Shown here piece by piece: positions 1 through 10,633 of a stretch of DNA of 64,000 nt. Made by a program: the position numbers and the translations under genes. Source of the DNA: an uncultured virus (IMG/VR IMGVR_UViG_3300033074_000309) (lineage: Duplodnaviria > Heunggongvirae > Uroviricota > Caudoviricetes); IMG/VR virus record IMGVR_UViG_3300033074_000309; one strand, 5' to 3'. Below the pieces are notes generated by a model that saw nothing but the letters and a program-made list of their open reading frames with translations, was not told where the DNA came from and made no database searches. Within the stretch, counting starts at the first letter, position 1; each line of letters opens with the position of its first letter.

Positions 1-113
1 TTCTGATTCAACACACCTATTACCTATAGAATATAGTTTAGATACTTTAGCTGCTTGAGCTGAGATACAACATAAACTATTAGTTAATACTATATTTAAA
101 TTAGTTGCGTTCA

Positions 114-695
114 TTATACTAAGTATTTATAAAGTACTGCTTTTTTAAGTACTAATGCGTTAGCTGTTGCTACAGAATTTTGTCCTGAAATTTCAAAAGC
201 TAATATTGTTGTTAAATCTAAAGTTGAAGTATCAATACCTATAAAAGTAGTTGCTGTTAAATTTATTGCTGATTTAGTTAAAAATTCTAGTGTCCAAAAT
301 TGAGAATTAGCTGATATTCTAGATACTTTTAACTTAATAATATAAATATAATCATCAACTCCAGAAGCTGTAATAGGTATAATTTTTGAACCAAATTTAA
401 TTCTTAAAGTAGCAGCATCATTAGAAGTATATTCAAAATAAATATAAGCTTCTAATTCATCACCATTTGTATTTAAAGTATTAGCAGGTACATTATAAGT
501 AAATAATGTAGTTTCTGTTAAACTTGCAGGAGTACCTACACCTGTTACACTATTATACGTATTTAGTATAGTAGTACCATTAGTACCATTAGTTCCATTG
601 CTACCATTAGTACCAGCAGGACCTTGAGGACCAGTAGCTCCAGTATCACCTTTTGGACCAGTAGGTATTGTTATTTCATTACAATCTGTACACAT
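114..695 (-). CDS. Collagen-repeat-containing virion fibre/appendage protein
   Basis: Gly-X-Y repeat GPKGDTGATGPQGPAG followed by GTN repeats; lies in the structural module. Confidence 0.6.
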   Translation of the reverse strand: MCTDCNEITIPTGPKGDTGATGPQGPAGTNGSNGTNGTNGTTILNTYNSVTGVGTPASLTETTLFTYNVPANTLNTNGDELEAYIYFEYTSNDAATLRIKFGSKIIPITASGVDDYIYIIKLKVSRISANSQFWTLEFLTKSAINLTATTFIGIDTSTLDLTTILAFEISGQNSVATANALVLKKAVLYKYLV

Positions 696-728
696 GTTTT
701 TTATATATTAATATAAGGTTTTTATTTG

Positions 729-1304
729 TTATTTGCAAGTTTTACATCCACTATTTAAACATAATTTATCTACTATTTTCTTAATAGTTATAAAATTAGT
801 TGAATCTCCACAAGCAGCTGCTTTTTTAAGAGATTGTAGTTGTACCCATGCTAATTCATAATTTTTATATTCATCAGTATCTTTACAACAATCACATGAT
901 AACTTAAGATTAGCTAACATTTGAGTTACACAACATTTAGAATTACAATAGAAATATTTAAATACTGAAGTAGTATAAGTAGTGGAACCATCACTTACAG
1001 CATAAGTAAAAATCCATTTACCATCTACAATAGAGGTAGGATTTCCTATAGAAGCTAAAGGAATATTATAACTTGTATATAATATATTACTTGGAAAAAT
1101 AGTAGTTGCAAACAAATCTATTGTATAAATTGTACCTGCAGGATTTATAATAGTTAAAACTGCGGTGGTAATACTACTAACATTAATATTTGGTGAACCA
1201 TAACCACCAGTATTTTTTGAATTATAAAATCCAGTGTTCTCACTAAATTTTATTTGAGTGCAATTATTAATTACACATAAATCTATTTTAGGTATTAAAG
1301 CCAT
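729..1304 (-). CDS. Putative tail hub/fibre-attachment structural protein
   Basis: Beta-rich N-terminus and Cys-rich helical C-terminus; position downstream of capsid genes as in crAss-like phages. Confidence 0.4.
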   Translation of the reverse strand: MALIPKIDLCVINNCTQIKFSENTGFYNSKNTGGYGSPNINVSSITTAVLTIINPAGTIYTIDLFATTIFPSNILYTSYNIPLASIGNPTSIVDGKWIFTYAVSDGSTTYTTSVFKYFYCNSKCCVTQMLANLKLSCDCCKDTDEYKNYELAWVQLQSLKKAAACGDSTNFITIKKIVDKLCLNSGCKTCK

Positions 1305-1389
1305 TTAATTTTAATTATTTAATTTAAAAAATTAACCCCAGCCACATTATAAACGCAACTGGGGCTAATACAACAAAAGAAAGGACTTG

Positions 1390-2688
1390 TTAGATCAACG
1401 ATGTAATAGCTGCAAAAGCTCTAGGAGTTGTAGCCATCCATGCATCTAAGATGTCAATAACATCTTGTTCAGCCGCTGATTTTGAATTATATGCACCACC
1501 ATTATCAATAGCTGGTACAGCAATTACTACAGACTTGTTAGCAATTGCAACAACTCCGGTTGGAGTGTTAATAGCATCATTATATTCAATATTAATTAAA
1601 TCATATTTTACACGAACTTGTAATACATCTGTACCAGCAGGACTTGTTAATAAAGGAGTAGTTAATACTACAGCATTAGCTGCTGTAACACCAGTACCAG
1701 TACCTTTAATATATTTAACTTCATATGTTACACCATCTACAGTAACTTTATCACCACCGGTAATAATACCAGCAATTGTAGCATTAACTGTAAAACTATC
1801 TTCACCAGTAGTTCCAGTAACTAATTTACCAGTTACAGCACTTGTTAAATAAGTTGAGCTTGCACTATAATCAAATGATGGGATAGGCCATTGTATACGG
1901 TTTAATACACCTTCAGTTCCTAAATCAAAGTTCTCTATAGCATATACTTGTTTGTATGTACCATTACCTGGATCAAAAGCTTGAATTTGTGTACAAGTAG
2001 TACCTGTTCCAAATCCACTAGCATCTAATACTGATACTGAGAAATAAACTTGATTATGAGTATAAGTTGTAGCTGAGTTAGCATTAATATCTAATCCCCA
2101 AATTTCAACACCATAATGTGTAGCACTTGTTAAACCATAAGCTCCAGTACCATCCCCTACGGTTACAGCTTTAATTTGAGATTTCCATGCAGAGTTATTA
2201 ATAGATGAAGTGATTTGTGTAGCAATAGATAATTCTGTTGCAGCAGCAGCTGAAGTGAATAATACACTTAAAACTTCTGGACGTTCAGAATACAATTGTT
2301 TATCATTTTTAAAACGAATAGCAAATTTATAATCTGTATCATTGTTTACTTCAATTGAACCTGTTGATAAAGATCTATCATAACCAATAGCCCATACTTC
2401 ACGTTTTTCTGCTTTATATTTTTTAGCAGTATAAGATATAATATTAGCACCATCAATTCTTCCAGAACGTTTAATATATCCTACACCATTAGAATCAGTT
2501 TTAGATTCCATAACATAAATATATGGTTGTGTAGTGATAGTATCACCACCTGCTGGATTTAAAGCTAACATATCTTGACCATAAATACCAACTTTACCAG
2601 CTGTTAATGATGTTGTATCAGCATTGTTAACAGGTAATGCAGTACCATCTGAAATAAATATTTGTTGTACTTTGTTTGAGTTACTCAT
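1390..2688 (-). CDS. Virion structural protein (auxiliary capsid-like)
   Basis: 432 aa, Thr/Gly/Ala-rich, codon usage like the capsid gene; crAss-like synteny; followed by a hairpin at about 1336-1365. Confidence 0.5.
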   Translation of the reverse strand: MSNSNKVQQIFISDGTALPVNNADTTSLTAGKVGIYGQDMLALNPAGGDTITTQPYIYVMESKTDSNGVGYIKRSGRIDGANIISYTAKKYKAEKREVWAIGYDRSLSTGSIEVNNDTDYKFAIRFKNDKQLYSERPEVLSVLFTSAAAATELSIATQITSSINNSAWKSQIKAVTVGDGTGAYGLTSATHYGVEIWGLDINANSATTYTHNQVYFSVSVLDASGFGTGTTCTQIQAFDPGNGTYKQVYAIENFDLGTEGVLNRIQWPIPSFDYSASSTYLTSAVTGKLVTGTTGEDSFTVNATIAGIITGGDKVTVDGVTYEVKYIKGTGTGVTAANAVVLTTPLLTSPAGTDVLQVRVKYDLINIEYNDAINTPTGVVAIANKSVVIAVPAIDNGGAYNSKSAAEQDVIDILDAWMATTPRAFAAITSLI

Positions 2689-2741
2689 TGTAATTTGTTT
2701 TTTAAATTTTTAATTTATTTAATTTAATTGTTTTTATTTTA

Positions 2742-3236
2742 TTATACTACTAAGAAGTGAATTTTAACTACATCATTTAATACTGTTGCTGCAGGAGCAC
2801 CATTACCAACTTTAATTTTAAAAGTTCCTGAACCAGGAGTACCTTCTAACTGTACAATTGGATTACCTGTTTTACCTGACGCATATTCTGCTGTTAATAA
2901 AATAGTTGAAGTAGCTGATACATAACTATTAGTTACTGTAAAAGGGCCACTTGTTGAACCACCAGCAGTTGTTAAAGCTACAGTTGTTATTACACCAGCA
3001 GCAGCATTTACAGTTACCCCAGTAGTAATATTTGTTAATTGAGTTACAGTACCTTTAGTAACAGTAGTTTTATCAGTTGTTAAAGCAGTTACTGTAAGTG
3101 CTGTAAAACTGTAAGTACCATCTGTAATACCATTTAAAGCATCAATGATTTCTACTATTTTAGCATATTGTACTCTAGGAAAGCTTTGAACTTTATTTGA
3201 ACCTAGAGAGTATTCTAATGGGTATTTAATTGCCAT
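2742..3236 (-). CDS. Thr-rich virion structural protein
   Basis: 164 aa, T/G/V-rich, in the capsid operon. Confidence 0.45.
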   Translation of the reverse strand: MAIKYPLEYSLGSNKVQSFPRVQYAKIVEIIDALNGITDGTYSFTALTVTALTTDKTTVTKGTVTQLTNITTGVTVNAAAGVITTVALTTAGGSTSGPFTVTNSYVSATSTILLTAEYASGKTGNPIVQLEGTPGSGTFKIKVGNGAPAATVLNDVVKIHFLVV

Positions 3237-3257
3237 TTAATTTTGTTTTAATTATTA

Positions 3258-3944
3258 TTATTCTTTTTGATTATCAACAATTGGTGTAAATGTAGAATTA
3301 CGTTTAGCTTCAATATCTTCTAATGCTATTTTAATAGCTTCATCAACTATTTCTTGATGAGTATGTTCACTAGTTTCAAAAGTTATATTTCCACTTAAAC
3401 TAACAGTTACTGGTTGTTTTAAATATCTTAATCTATATTGAGTTATTGTTATTCCTGTAGATGATACAAGTTCTACTTGTCCATCTTCCATTAATCTTAA
3501 TACTTTAGTATTATCAGGTTTTTTAAATGCATCCTTTACAACTTTATCAAACTCAACATGTTGTGTTGGTCTAACTTCTATAATATCAGTTTTAGTTACC
3601 CCTGTACAATCAATATAAGATACTTCTGCACGCTCTTGAATAATAAACCAATGATCAGTAGGTAATGTTACAAATCTAGCGTTAGAATCAATATTTAAAC
3701 TATTATAAGCTAAAGGTACTAAATTAACAGCTTTAACTAAATTCTTTAAATCTTCAGTACGTTTTTGAGTTTCTTCAAAGGATTGTCGTTTAACATTGTT
3801 AAGACCATATCTTTGTTTAACCCATCTTTTATAACCTTGATTTAAAAGTAAATCTATTTCTTCTGGTAAAAAGTTAGGATAATTCAGAGAGTCTATTTTG
3901 TCTAAACCAAACTTAAACGCTAAATGGGCTTCTGAAATATTCAT
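3258..3944 (-). CDS. crAss-like ring/head-tail connector protein
   Basis: N-terminal FxxxLDK..S...FLPEEIDLLLN and C-terminal H.EIVD.A resemble crAss ring proteins. Confidence 0.6.
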   Translation of the reverse strand: MNISEAHLAFKFGLDKIDSLNYPNFLPEEIDLLLNQGYKRWVKQRYGLNNVKRQSFEETQKRTEDLKNLVKAVNLVPLAYNSLNIDSNARFVTLPTDHWFIIQERAEVSYIDCTGVTKTDIIEVRPTQHVEFDKVVKDAFKKPDNTKVLRLMEDGQVELVSSTGITITQYRLRYLKQPVTVSLSGNITFETSEHTHQEIVDEAIKIALEDIEAKRNSTFTPIVDNQKE

Positions 3945-3946
3945 CT

Positions 3947-4747
3947 TTATTTATCTTTTTTAGCTTTCTTTAATCTTGTTTGCATTGCTAATACTACTGA
4001 TTGATTTTTTAAATCTTCAAAGAAGTCTATTGCTTCATCAGTACTAGATGCTATAGTATCATCACCATTGTTATAGTAATTACCATTTCTCTTTAAAATT
4101 CTATACTCTATTAGTTCTTCAACTAACATTCTAGTTTTTAATTGTTTATCTTTTAATGTATCACAGAATGCTTTAGGATCTTTCTTAAGCTCTTTAGTTA
4201 ATTCTGATTTTAACATAGCTTCTGATAATTCATCTACTCCACGCTTACCAAATAAGCGTAAAGAACTACGTTTTTCTTCAGGACTTAATTTAAGAACTAA
4301 TTCCATAGCTTCCCATTCATAATCAAATACTACAGATTCTGCTTTAGCTTTAGCTTCTTCGTCTACAATATAAAAATCCACAAATGGTTCTTTCTTTGCA
4401 ATTTCAGAATTAGCTACTTTACTAGAAGCATTTAAAACCTTATAGCGTAATTGATTAATAATATCATCTAAAATCAATTTAGTTTCTTTAGTATTATTTA
4501 AACGAGGAGCATATTCTACATTAAATACTTCACTCCACCATTTACTATGTTTAGAAAGCTCACCTTTCTTTAACCCTAGTTCTTGTTCATAATACAATTC
4601 TTCTTCAGCAGTTAAACCAGTTTTAAAACCATTTTTACTGAGTTCACAACCTAATGTTGTTGTTGATTTTGGATAGGCTGTTAAGCCAAAATAACCTGCA
4701 CGAGGTACTCTTTTAATTACTACTTCTTTTGGTCCTGTAAATTCCAT
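3947..4747 (-). CDS. Conserved crAss-like protein downstream of the major capsid gene
   Basis: 266 aa; synteny immediately after the capsid gene. Confidence 0.5.
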   Translation of the reverse strand: MEFTGPKEVVIKRVPRAGYFGLTAYPKSTTTLGCELSKNGFKTGLTAEEELYYEQELGLKKGELSKHSKWWSEVFNVEYAPRLNNTKETKLILDDIINQLRYKVLNASSKVANSEIAKKEPFVDFYIVDEEAKAKAESVVFDYEWEAMELVLKLSPEEKRSSLRLFGKRGVDELSEAMLKSELTKELKKDPKAFCDTLKDKQLKTRMLVEELIEYRILKRNGNYYNNGDDTIASSTDEAIDFFEDLKNQSVVLAMQTRLKKAKKDK

Positions 4748-4811
4748 TCTTTTTCCTTTTTTAGTTGTTTACCAGTTTACTGGTGTTTCCTTTTTATTGT
4801 TGTTTTATAAA

Positions 4812-4839
4812 TGTAAGGGGCTTTTTACACCCCTTTACA
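4812..4839 (-). terminator. Hairpin terminator after the major capsid gene
   Basis: TGTAAGGGG...CCCCTTTACA inverted repeat just past the stop codon. Confidence 0.55.
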
Positions 4840-4855
4840 AATATAAGTATTTTTA

Positions 4856-6313
4856 TTAACTTAAAGTATCGATATCAAGGATAAGTTGTCCTGCATCAGT
4901 AGGATCTTTTAACATGATACCACATTCTGATAATACATGGAATTCATATCCATCTACTGGAGAACTAGAAGTTCCATTTTTCTTCATTCCATATGGAGAA
5001 GCTAATCCTTCGATATATGTAGAAGCCATTTCACGTCCTTTATGATAAACTTTTTGTACATTAGATTCACCATTACCAGATTTCTTAAAGTTTAAGAAAG
5101 TAGCTTTGTATGATTCTGCTGGTTTACCAGTTTGTGGATGTAAATTACGGTTACGTACTAATGAGTTATATAATGGACATTCTTTTAAAGTAATTCTATC
5201 ACCATTTAAACCTACATAAGTTTTGAATTGTGCACCTAATGCTAATTCTTGTCCTGAACCAGTAATAAATTTACTATCAGTTAAGATGAAGTTAGAAGCA
5301 GATTTCTTCATAGCTTGATCAAACAAGTTCATGAATTGACGACCACATAAAGCTACATACTCACGTGGACCATCTTCAGTACCATTATATGATAAATCAT
5401 CCATGAAATCACGAATAACTTGTTCAGTTAAAGTTGTATAGTAACGTTTGTTTGCACCATGAATTTGCTCTTCAAGACCAGCACCCATATAAACAGTATT
5501 TCCTGAAGGACCTTTCATTCCTGTAGTACCGTTAGATTTAACGTTACCTTTACCATAAATTAAAGCTTTCTCCATTTCATCCATCCACTGAGCCCAGAAT
5601 TCCCATTCTGCATATTTAACCCAAGTATCAGATACTTTATTAGATTGAGGATCCATTAAAGAAATAACCATTACTTTAGATTGAGCAGCACCAGATACAG
5701 CATACATTTTACGATAAGTACTCATGTAATTTTCCATCATGAATGGAGTAGCATAAGTAGTTTCACCTGAAGTACGAGAGTGATCATGTTCAACAGTATT
5801 GAAATCTTTAGATAATTCTCTACCATTAGCAACTAATGAAGCAGGAATATAAGCTGTAGGATCTTTAGTTACTAATTGTAATACATAGATAAAATCTACA
5901 CCTTGAGCATAAGGTTCTTCCATTACACGTAAAGAATAACGATTATCATCTGGAACTAATATATCACCTAAAGCAAACCATTTTTCAGGTAAACCAATAC
6001 GGAAAGTTGTATTATTAATACCAGGAGTTGAACCACCATCTCCAAAAACTGACTGACTAATAGAAATAGGAACTGCTTTTTCACTGTCACCCATTAAAGG
6101 CCAACGGTAAACAATATTATCTAATTCTTTAGTACGTCCTGTACCTGTAGTTAAGAATGATAAAGCATTCTTGTAACCATTCATTTTGTTGTAAACTCTA
6201 GTTACTACTTGAGAAGCTAAAGCAGGTTCAGTTAAAAAGAAATTAGACAAGTGTGATGCTTGTGTTAACCCTTTATGCCAGTTACCTTGACTTATTTGTA
6301 AATCTAATTGCAT
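4856..6313 (-). CDS. Major capsid protein (crAss-like)
   Basis: 485 aa; WHKGLT..HL N-terminus, G.GL.EQI, SSSPVDGY..H and DPT motifs typical of Crassvirales capsid proteins; biased codon use. Confidence 0.9.
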   Translation of the reverse strand: MQLDLQISQGNWHKGLTQASHLSNFFLTEPALASQVVTRVYNKMNGYKNALSFLTTGTGRTKELDNIVYRWPLMGDSEKAVPISISQSVFGDGGSTPGINNTTFRIGLPEKWFALGDILVPDDNRYSLRVMEEPYAQGVDFIYVLQLVTKDPTAYIPASLVANGRELSKDFNTVEHDHSRTSGETTYATPFMMENYMSTYRKMYAVSGAAQSKVMVISLMDPQSNKVSDTWVKYAEWEFWAQWMDEMEKALIYGKGNVKSNGTTGMKGPSGNTVYMGAGLEEQIHGANKRYYTTLTEQVIRDFMDDLSYNGTEDGPREYVALCGRQFMNLFDQAMKKSASNFILTDSKFITGSGQELALGAQFKTYVGLNGDRITLKECPLYNSLVRNRNLHPQTGKPAESYKATFLNFKKSGNGESNVQKVYHKGREMASTYIEGLASPYGMKKNGTSSSPVDGYEFHVLSECGIMLKDPTDAGQLILDIDTLS

Positions 6314-6351
6314 TTGTTTTTTATAATTTTAATGTTAAAAATTCTATTTAA

Positions 6352-7512
6352 TTACGCCATTTTTTTAAATCCTGCGAATGGATTCTCACCTTCAGTATCA
6401 TAATGTGTACTACCTGTAGACATTCTTTCTCTTGTAGAAGGCTTATAGTTTTTCATAATACCGTTTAATTTACTAGCAGCTTTTGTAACAACTTGTTTTT
6501 CTAATTTAGAGATATCAAAGTTATTCATTGCTTGTAAACCAAAAAGTAAAGCTGCATCTGAATCACTTTCAACTGCTTTTTGATAACCTGTTTTACCAGT
6601 CTTTTTATCAGTTACAGTAAAGAAATTTACAAGATTTTCTTTTACTTTAGGAGTTAACTTAAAACCTTTAAGTTCGTCTTTTTTAAGAATATTATCTTTA
6701 AAATCTTCCCAGTATTTTTTTTCAGCAGCTTTATCTTGTTCAGCTTTTATTCTTTGTTTTTCAACTAATTCTTTTTTATATGAATCTTCAAATTTCTGTA
6801 ATTTATTTAAGTGTGTTTTAGCACGCTTTTCTAAAGTACCATTATCTGTAAACTCAGAAATCATATCTTCAATTTCTTCAGCCTCATATCCATCTAATTT
6901 TAAAGATTCACGTACTGCAATTTTTTGAGCAGCTTCATTATCTTCAATTGAATAATCAGACCAAGAAGCATCATTATAGTATATTTCTATAAAGTCTTTT
7001 GCATTTCCACCATTTTCTACAAAATCTAATAATGCTAATCCTTCTTCTCCAAGTTTATTCTTTAATAACTTTTCAAATTTAGTATTAATAGTTTGTTCAA
7101 TAGCTTTTTCAAAACCTTCTTCTGAATCTTCAATATCAACATCATTAAATTCTAAAATTCCTTTATCTGATAAATGTGATAATGCTGGTTTAAAACCTGC
7201 ACCTTCTAATTCTTCTGATTCATCATCTATTAAATCCTCATTATCAGTATTATCTGTTAAATCAGGTTTAGTAGAAGTTGTTTCTTTTTTAGTAGAAGCT
7301 TTAGCCTGTTTCTTAGCTACTTCTTCTAAAAGTTTTTCAGCATCTAATGCATTATCTCCTAAATCACCATTATCATTATCTTCTAATAATGTAGGATCTC
7401 CATCAATAATATCATCATCTGGTTTATCTTCATCACTATCAGGTTTAGTATTACCAAACCCTCCATTTAATAAATCAAATCCAGCAAATGGGTTTTCATT
7501 GTCTTTACTCAT
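6352..7512 (-). CDS. Acidic scaffold-like protein
   Basis: D/E-rich N-terminus and coiled-coil; directly upstream of the capsid gene; ENPFAGF occurs at both termini. Confidence 0.6.
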   Translation of the reverse strand: MSKDNENPFAGFDLLNGGFGNTKPDSDEDKPDDDIIDGDPTLLEDNDNGDLGDNALDAEKLLEEVAKKQAKASTKKETTSTKPDLTDNTDNEDLIDDESEELEGAGFKPALSHLSDKGILEFNDVDIEDSEEGFEKAIEQTINTKFEKLLKNKLGEEGLALLDFVENGGNAKDFIEIYYNDASWSDYSIEDNEAAQKIAVRESLKLDGYEAEEIEDMISEFTDNGTLEKRAKTHLNKLQKFEDSYKKELVEKQRIKAEQDKAAEKKYWEDFKDNILKKDELKGFKLTPKVKENLVNFFTVTDKKTGKTGYQKAVESDSDAALLFGLQAMNNFDISKLEKQVVTKAASKLNGIMKNYKPSTRERMSTGSTHYDTEGENPFAGFKKMA

Positions 7513-7540
7513 GTTTTCCTTTTATTTCCTTTGTTATACT

Positions 7541-7573
7541 ATTAATATAACGTATTTCGTTATATTTTGCAAA
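7541..7573 (-). promoter_or_regulatory. Variant promoter TTG-N20-TATATTAAT upstream of scaffold/capsid genes
   Basis: Same motif and spacing at 707-738 and 15130-15162. Confidence 0.55.
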
Positions 7574-7634
7574 TTTATTTTTAATTATTTCAAATTATTT
7601 TTACTAATAATAGATACTAGTATATAGCATTAAG

Positions 7635-8024
7635 TTATTTAAGATTCTGTAACTTATAAAGTGTTTGATATGTTAAAGCACTAATTTCATCTAATTGATT
7701 TTGCAACCATGTTTCTTTAAACATTTTATAAGCACTGCCACCATCTGTTAAAGAAACTAATTCTTTTAATAAACTTATAGCATCAATATCTTTAGATTCT
7801 TTAATTGTAATATTTACAATACCATATTTACCTTGATAAGACTCTATTAACGAGTCTGTTAGATCTAATATTTCATCATAAAATTCATTTAAAGCTTTAT
7901 GTGTAGCATATGAACCTATACCAGATACTCTTAAATGTCTAAGATGTATCTGATCTCTTATCTGAAATAACTTACCAAAAAATTGTTCTGGATTCATTGT
8001 ACTTGATTTTAAACTAGGTATCAT
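7635..8024 (-). CDS. Ferritin/Dps-like four-helix protein (DUF5856-like)
   Basis: H..H...SYATHKALNEFYD...D.LIESYQG...L.N.LDEI......TLYKL pattern. Confidence 0.7.
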   Translation of the reverse strand: MIPSLKSSTMNPEQFFGKLFQIRDQIHLRHLRVSGIGSYATHKALNEFYDEILDLTDSLIESYQGKYGIVNITIKESKDIDAISLLKELVSLTDGGSAYKMFKETWLQNQLDEISALTYQTLYKLQNLK

Positions 8025-10561
8025 TATTTTTTAGGTGTTTTAGGTTTTGCTTTAATTTTCATTCTTTCTAATTCAATCTTTTTCTGCATCATTTCTTTAT
8101 CTAATTTAGCTTTTTGATTAGCAAGTTTTTCTTGATTAGCATTTTGTTCTCTAACCATTTGTAACTTTTTATTTTCAATATCTACTTTAGAATTAATTTC
8201 TTTTTGCTTAAGATTTAGTTCAGCTTGATGTTTATTCTTTTCATGTGTTAATTTAGCATGCTCTAAAAATGCATTAGAAGCTACCTCACGCTCTTTTAAA
8301 GATTGTGCAGCTATTTCTATAGGATCAGGAATTCCATTCATGTCTGCGTCTAAATTCTCTTGTCTAGAATAAACTCCTATCTCAGCAACTTGAATTTTAG
8401 TTTGATTATTAGAGTCTGCTATATACTGTTGGATATCTCTATCTTTTTGTCTTTCAGCAATCTCTTCTTGATGCATAGCTTGAGTAGTTTGCATTTCTTG
8501 TTGTTGAGCTGCTAATTGTTGTTGTTGAGCATCAGCATCACGCTTATATTTCTCTTCTTCTCCACGTTTAAGTATCTTAATCATATCTCTAGGATTTTCA
8601 TTAATTACAGTATCCATGATAGTAGATAAATCCGCTTTATCAGATTGTAATGCAATTTTAGACCACTCTTTTAATTCAGCAACAACCATTGCATCTTTAT
8701 TACTATTAGATAAGTAAGTATTAAATTCAGAATTCTCTAACTCAAACTCATCTAATTTAAGTAACTCAATACCCATATCATCTAATACATATTGTGTAAC
8801 TAGACCATCTCTATAAGCTACCTTAGCAGCTTCAATAAGTGCTGTATATACTCTACGTTTAACTTCATTATGTGAATCAAACATAAACTCTGTAATTAAT
8901 GCAGATTGTTCTACTGAACGTTGTACATTACCTACAAGCTCATTACTTGCTATAGCACCTAAACGTTGTGGTGATACACCACTAATAAATGCTACTTGAG
9001 ATTTAATATATTCTAAAGTTTGAATATATTGTTGAATAACATTAGCAAGACTCATATCAATTGATTGGAATTGATTAAAGGTTGATATCTTACCTGTCAT
9101 AGAACCTTTCTGTCCTTCTTCATGAGAGTTAATGAAAGCTACTTTCATTGCTCTTAAATAGTACATCCATCTTTCAATATCAATACCTTCACTTCTAGGT
9201 ATTTGAGCTAAATCCATTAACATAATCTTACCCATATCACTAGCAAATGCCAATTCTAATCTATAAGATATAATGTTGTATAAATATTGGTAAGGTTTTA
9301 ATCTATCCATTAAAGATACACTAACACTATTAGTAGCATTATAAATTAAACCTGTATAACCTAGTTTACATACATATGGATTATCCATACGTCTACGTTG
9401 GTTAGGTTTAGGTTTAGCTTCAATATAAATATCAGAACCTATTTTAATACCTTCCCATGCTTCTGTAATCCAATACTCTTCAGTTTTAGCATCTGGATAA
9501 GCTTGTTTAAAAACACTTAATTTAAAAGTTTCATCAACTACTGTTTCTTGCGGTACTCCATCTTCATCAGTATAAGTTAAAGCAAATCTTTTAGTCATAG
9601 ATTTCCATTCAACTCTAACTACTCTTATTAGTCTTGAGTTAAATGAACTAGATTTAGAACCCATTGTTCCACCAATATCTACTGTATTAGCATTATTATC
9701 TAATACAAACATTGGATTAGGTCCTTGTGCTTGCATATATTGATTACCCACAGCATTAGTATACATTTCTAATGTATCTATCTCACTAGGTTTTAAACTA
9801 TCACCAAATTCATCTATAATAGTTGATGGAGTTAACATTCTAGTTTCAATAACTGCTACAGCATCATCAATAAAATCTGAATCATTATCTAGTACTACAG
9901 TAACATTACATGGATTACAACGTCTTAACATTGGTTCACCATTAGATACTCCTGTCCAATAAATCTCTTCACCAGCAATTAATGAATCTTTCCATCCACG
10001 TTTAAATATCTCTTTAGTATTTAATTTACGTCTAAGAGATTTTAATATCTTATTAGCTTGTGATTCTACTAAATCTGAAGGATTATATTTTTCATATTTA
10101 AGAATATCTTCAGGTTTTTGTACAGGATTATTAGGATCTACTGTTGAAGGATCAATACCTTCTAAAAGCATTTGTTCAATAGATGAATTAATCTTACCAA
10201 TTAATGCTTCATTCTTTCTAGTAATATCTTCTGGAGATTCTGAAACAACCATGAAGTTATCAGGTCTTTTAACTTCTTCTCCTATTAGTAAATTAAATGC
10301 TGGACTAACAACATCGTAATGTTGTAATGTAGCAGGAAATTCATTATCTGCTAATCCTAAAGGATTACAAACATATTCTAAATCTGCTTTATTAAATCTA
10401 CCATTGTATAAATCATAATTAACCAACTTATTAAAGTTAGTAGTTCTATTACCAGATGGTGAAGTATAAGATAACCTTTCAAAATAATTAATGGTATCTT
10501 TTTTCCATTCATCTGTTTTTTGTGATAATGGTATTTTTTGACGAGGTAAACCTTGTGACAT
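8024..10561 (-). CDS. Portal protein (crAss-like)
   Basis: LPRQK.P...K..EW start, GVSPQRLG, VGNVQRS; C-terminal coiled-coil with D.D.NG.PD. Confidence 0.88.
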   Translation of the reverse strand: MSQGLPRQKIPLSQKTDEWKKDTINYFERLSYTSPSGNRTTNFNKLVNYDLYNGRFNKADLEYVCNPLGLADNEFPATLQHYDVVSPAFNLLIGEEVKRPDNFMVVSESPEDITRKNEALIGKINSSIEQMLLEGIDPSTVDPNNPVQKPEDILKYEKYNPSDLVESQANKILKSLRRKLNTKEIFKRGWKDSLIAGEEIYWTGVSNGEPMLRRCNPCNVTVVLDNDSDFIDDAVAVIETRMLTPSTIIDEFGDSLKPSEIDTLEMYTNAVGNQYMQAQGPNPMFVLDNNANTVDIGGTMGSKSSSFNSRLIRVVRVEWKSMTKRFALTYTDEDGVPQETVVDETFKLSVFKQAYPDAKTEEYWITEAWEGIKIGSDIYIEAKPKPNQRRRMDNPYVCKLGYTGLIYNATNSVSVSLMDRLKPYQYLYNIISYRLELAFASDMGKIMLMDLAQIPRSEGIDIERWMYYLRAMKVAFINSHEEGQKGSMTGKISTFNQFQSIDMSLANVIQQYIQTLEYIKSQVAFISGVSPQRLGAIASNELVGNVQRSVEQSALITEFMFDSHNEVKRRVYTALIEAAKVAYRDGLVTQYVLDDMGIELLKLDEFELENSEFNTYLSNSNKDAMVVAELKEWSKIALQSDKADLSTIMDTVINENPRDMIKILKRGEEEKYKRDADAQQQQLAAQQQEMQTTQAMHQEEIAERQKDRDIQQYIADSNNQTKIQVAEIGVYSRQENLDADMNGIPDPIEIAAQSLKEREVASNAFLEHAKLTHEKNKHQAELNLKQKEINSKVDIENKKLQMVREQNANQEKLANQKAKLDKEMMQKKIELERMKIKAKPKTPKK

Positions 10562-10633
10562 TTATTTAAATTTTAAATTAAAATTATTGTTAAATTTTTT
10601 ATTTTATAAATACCAATTTTACTTTTATGCATA

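Noticed and set aside
1451..1852. Antisense shadow ORFs (also 11844, 13194, 14639, 16787, 23038, 24860, 29095, 31093, 32644, 34134, 36198, 37089, 40563, 42141, 44068, 44611, 50473, 50928, 55118, 60779, 62025, 62766, 63042) and same-strand overlaps 13640 and 63253
   Set aside because: They overlap well-supported genes and carry no recognisable motifs.
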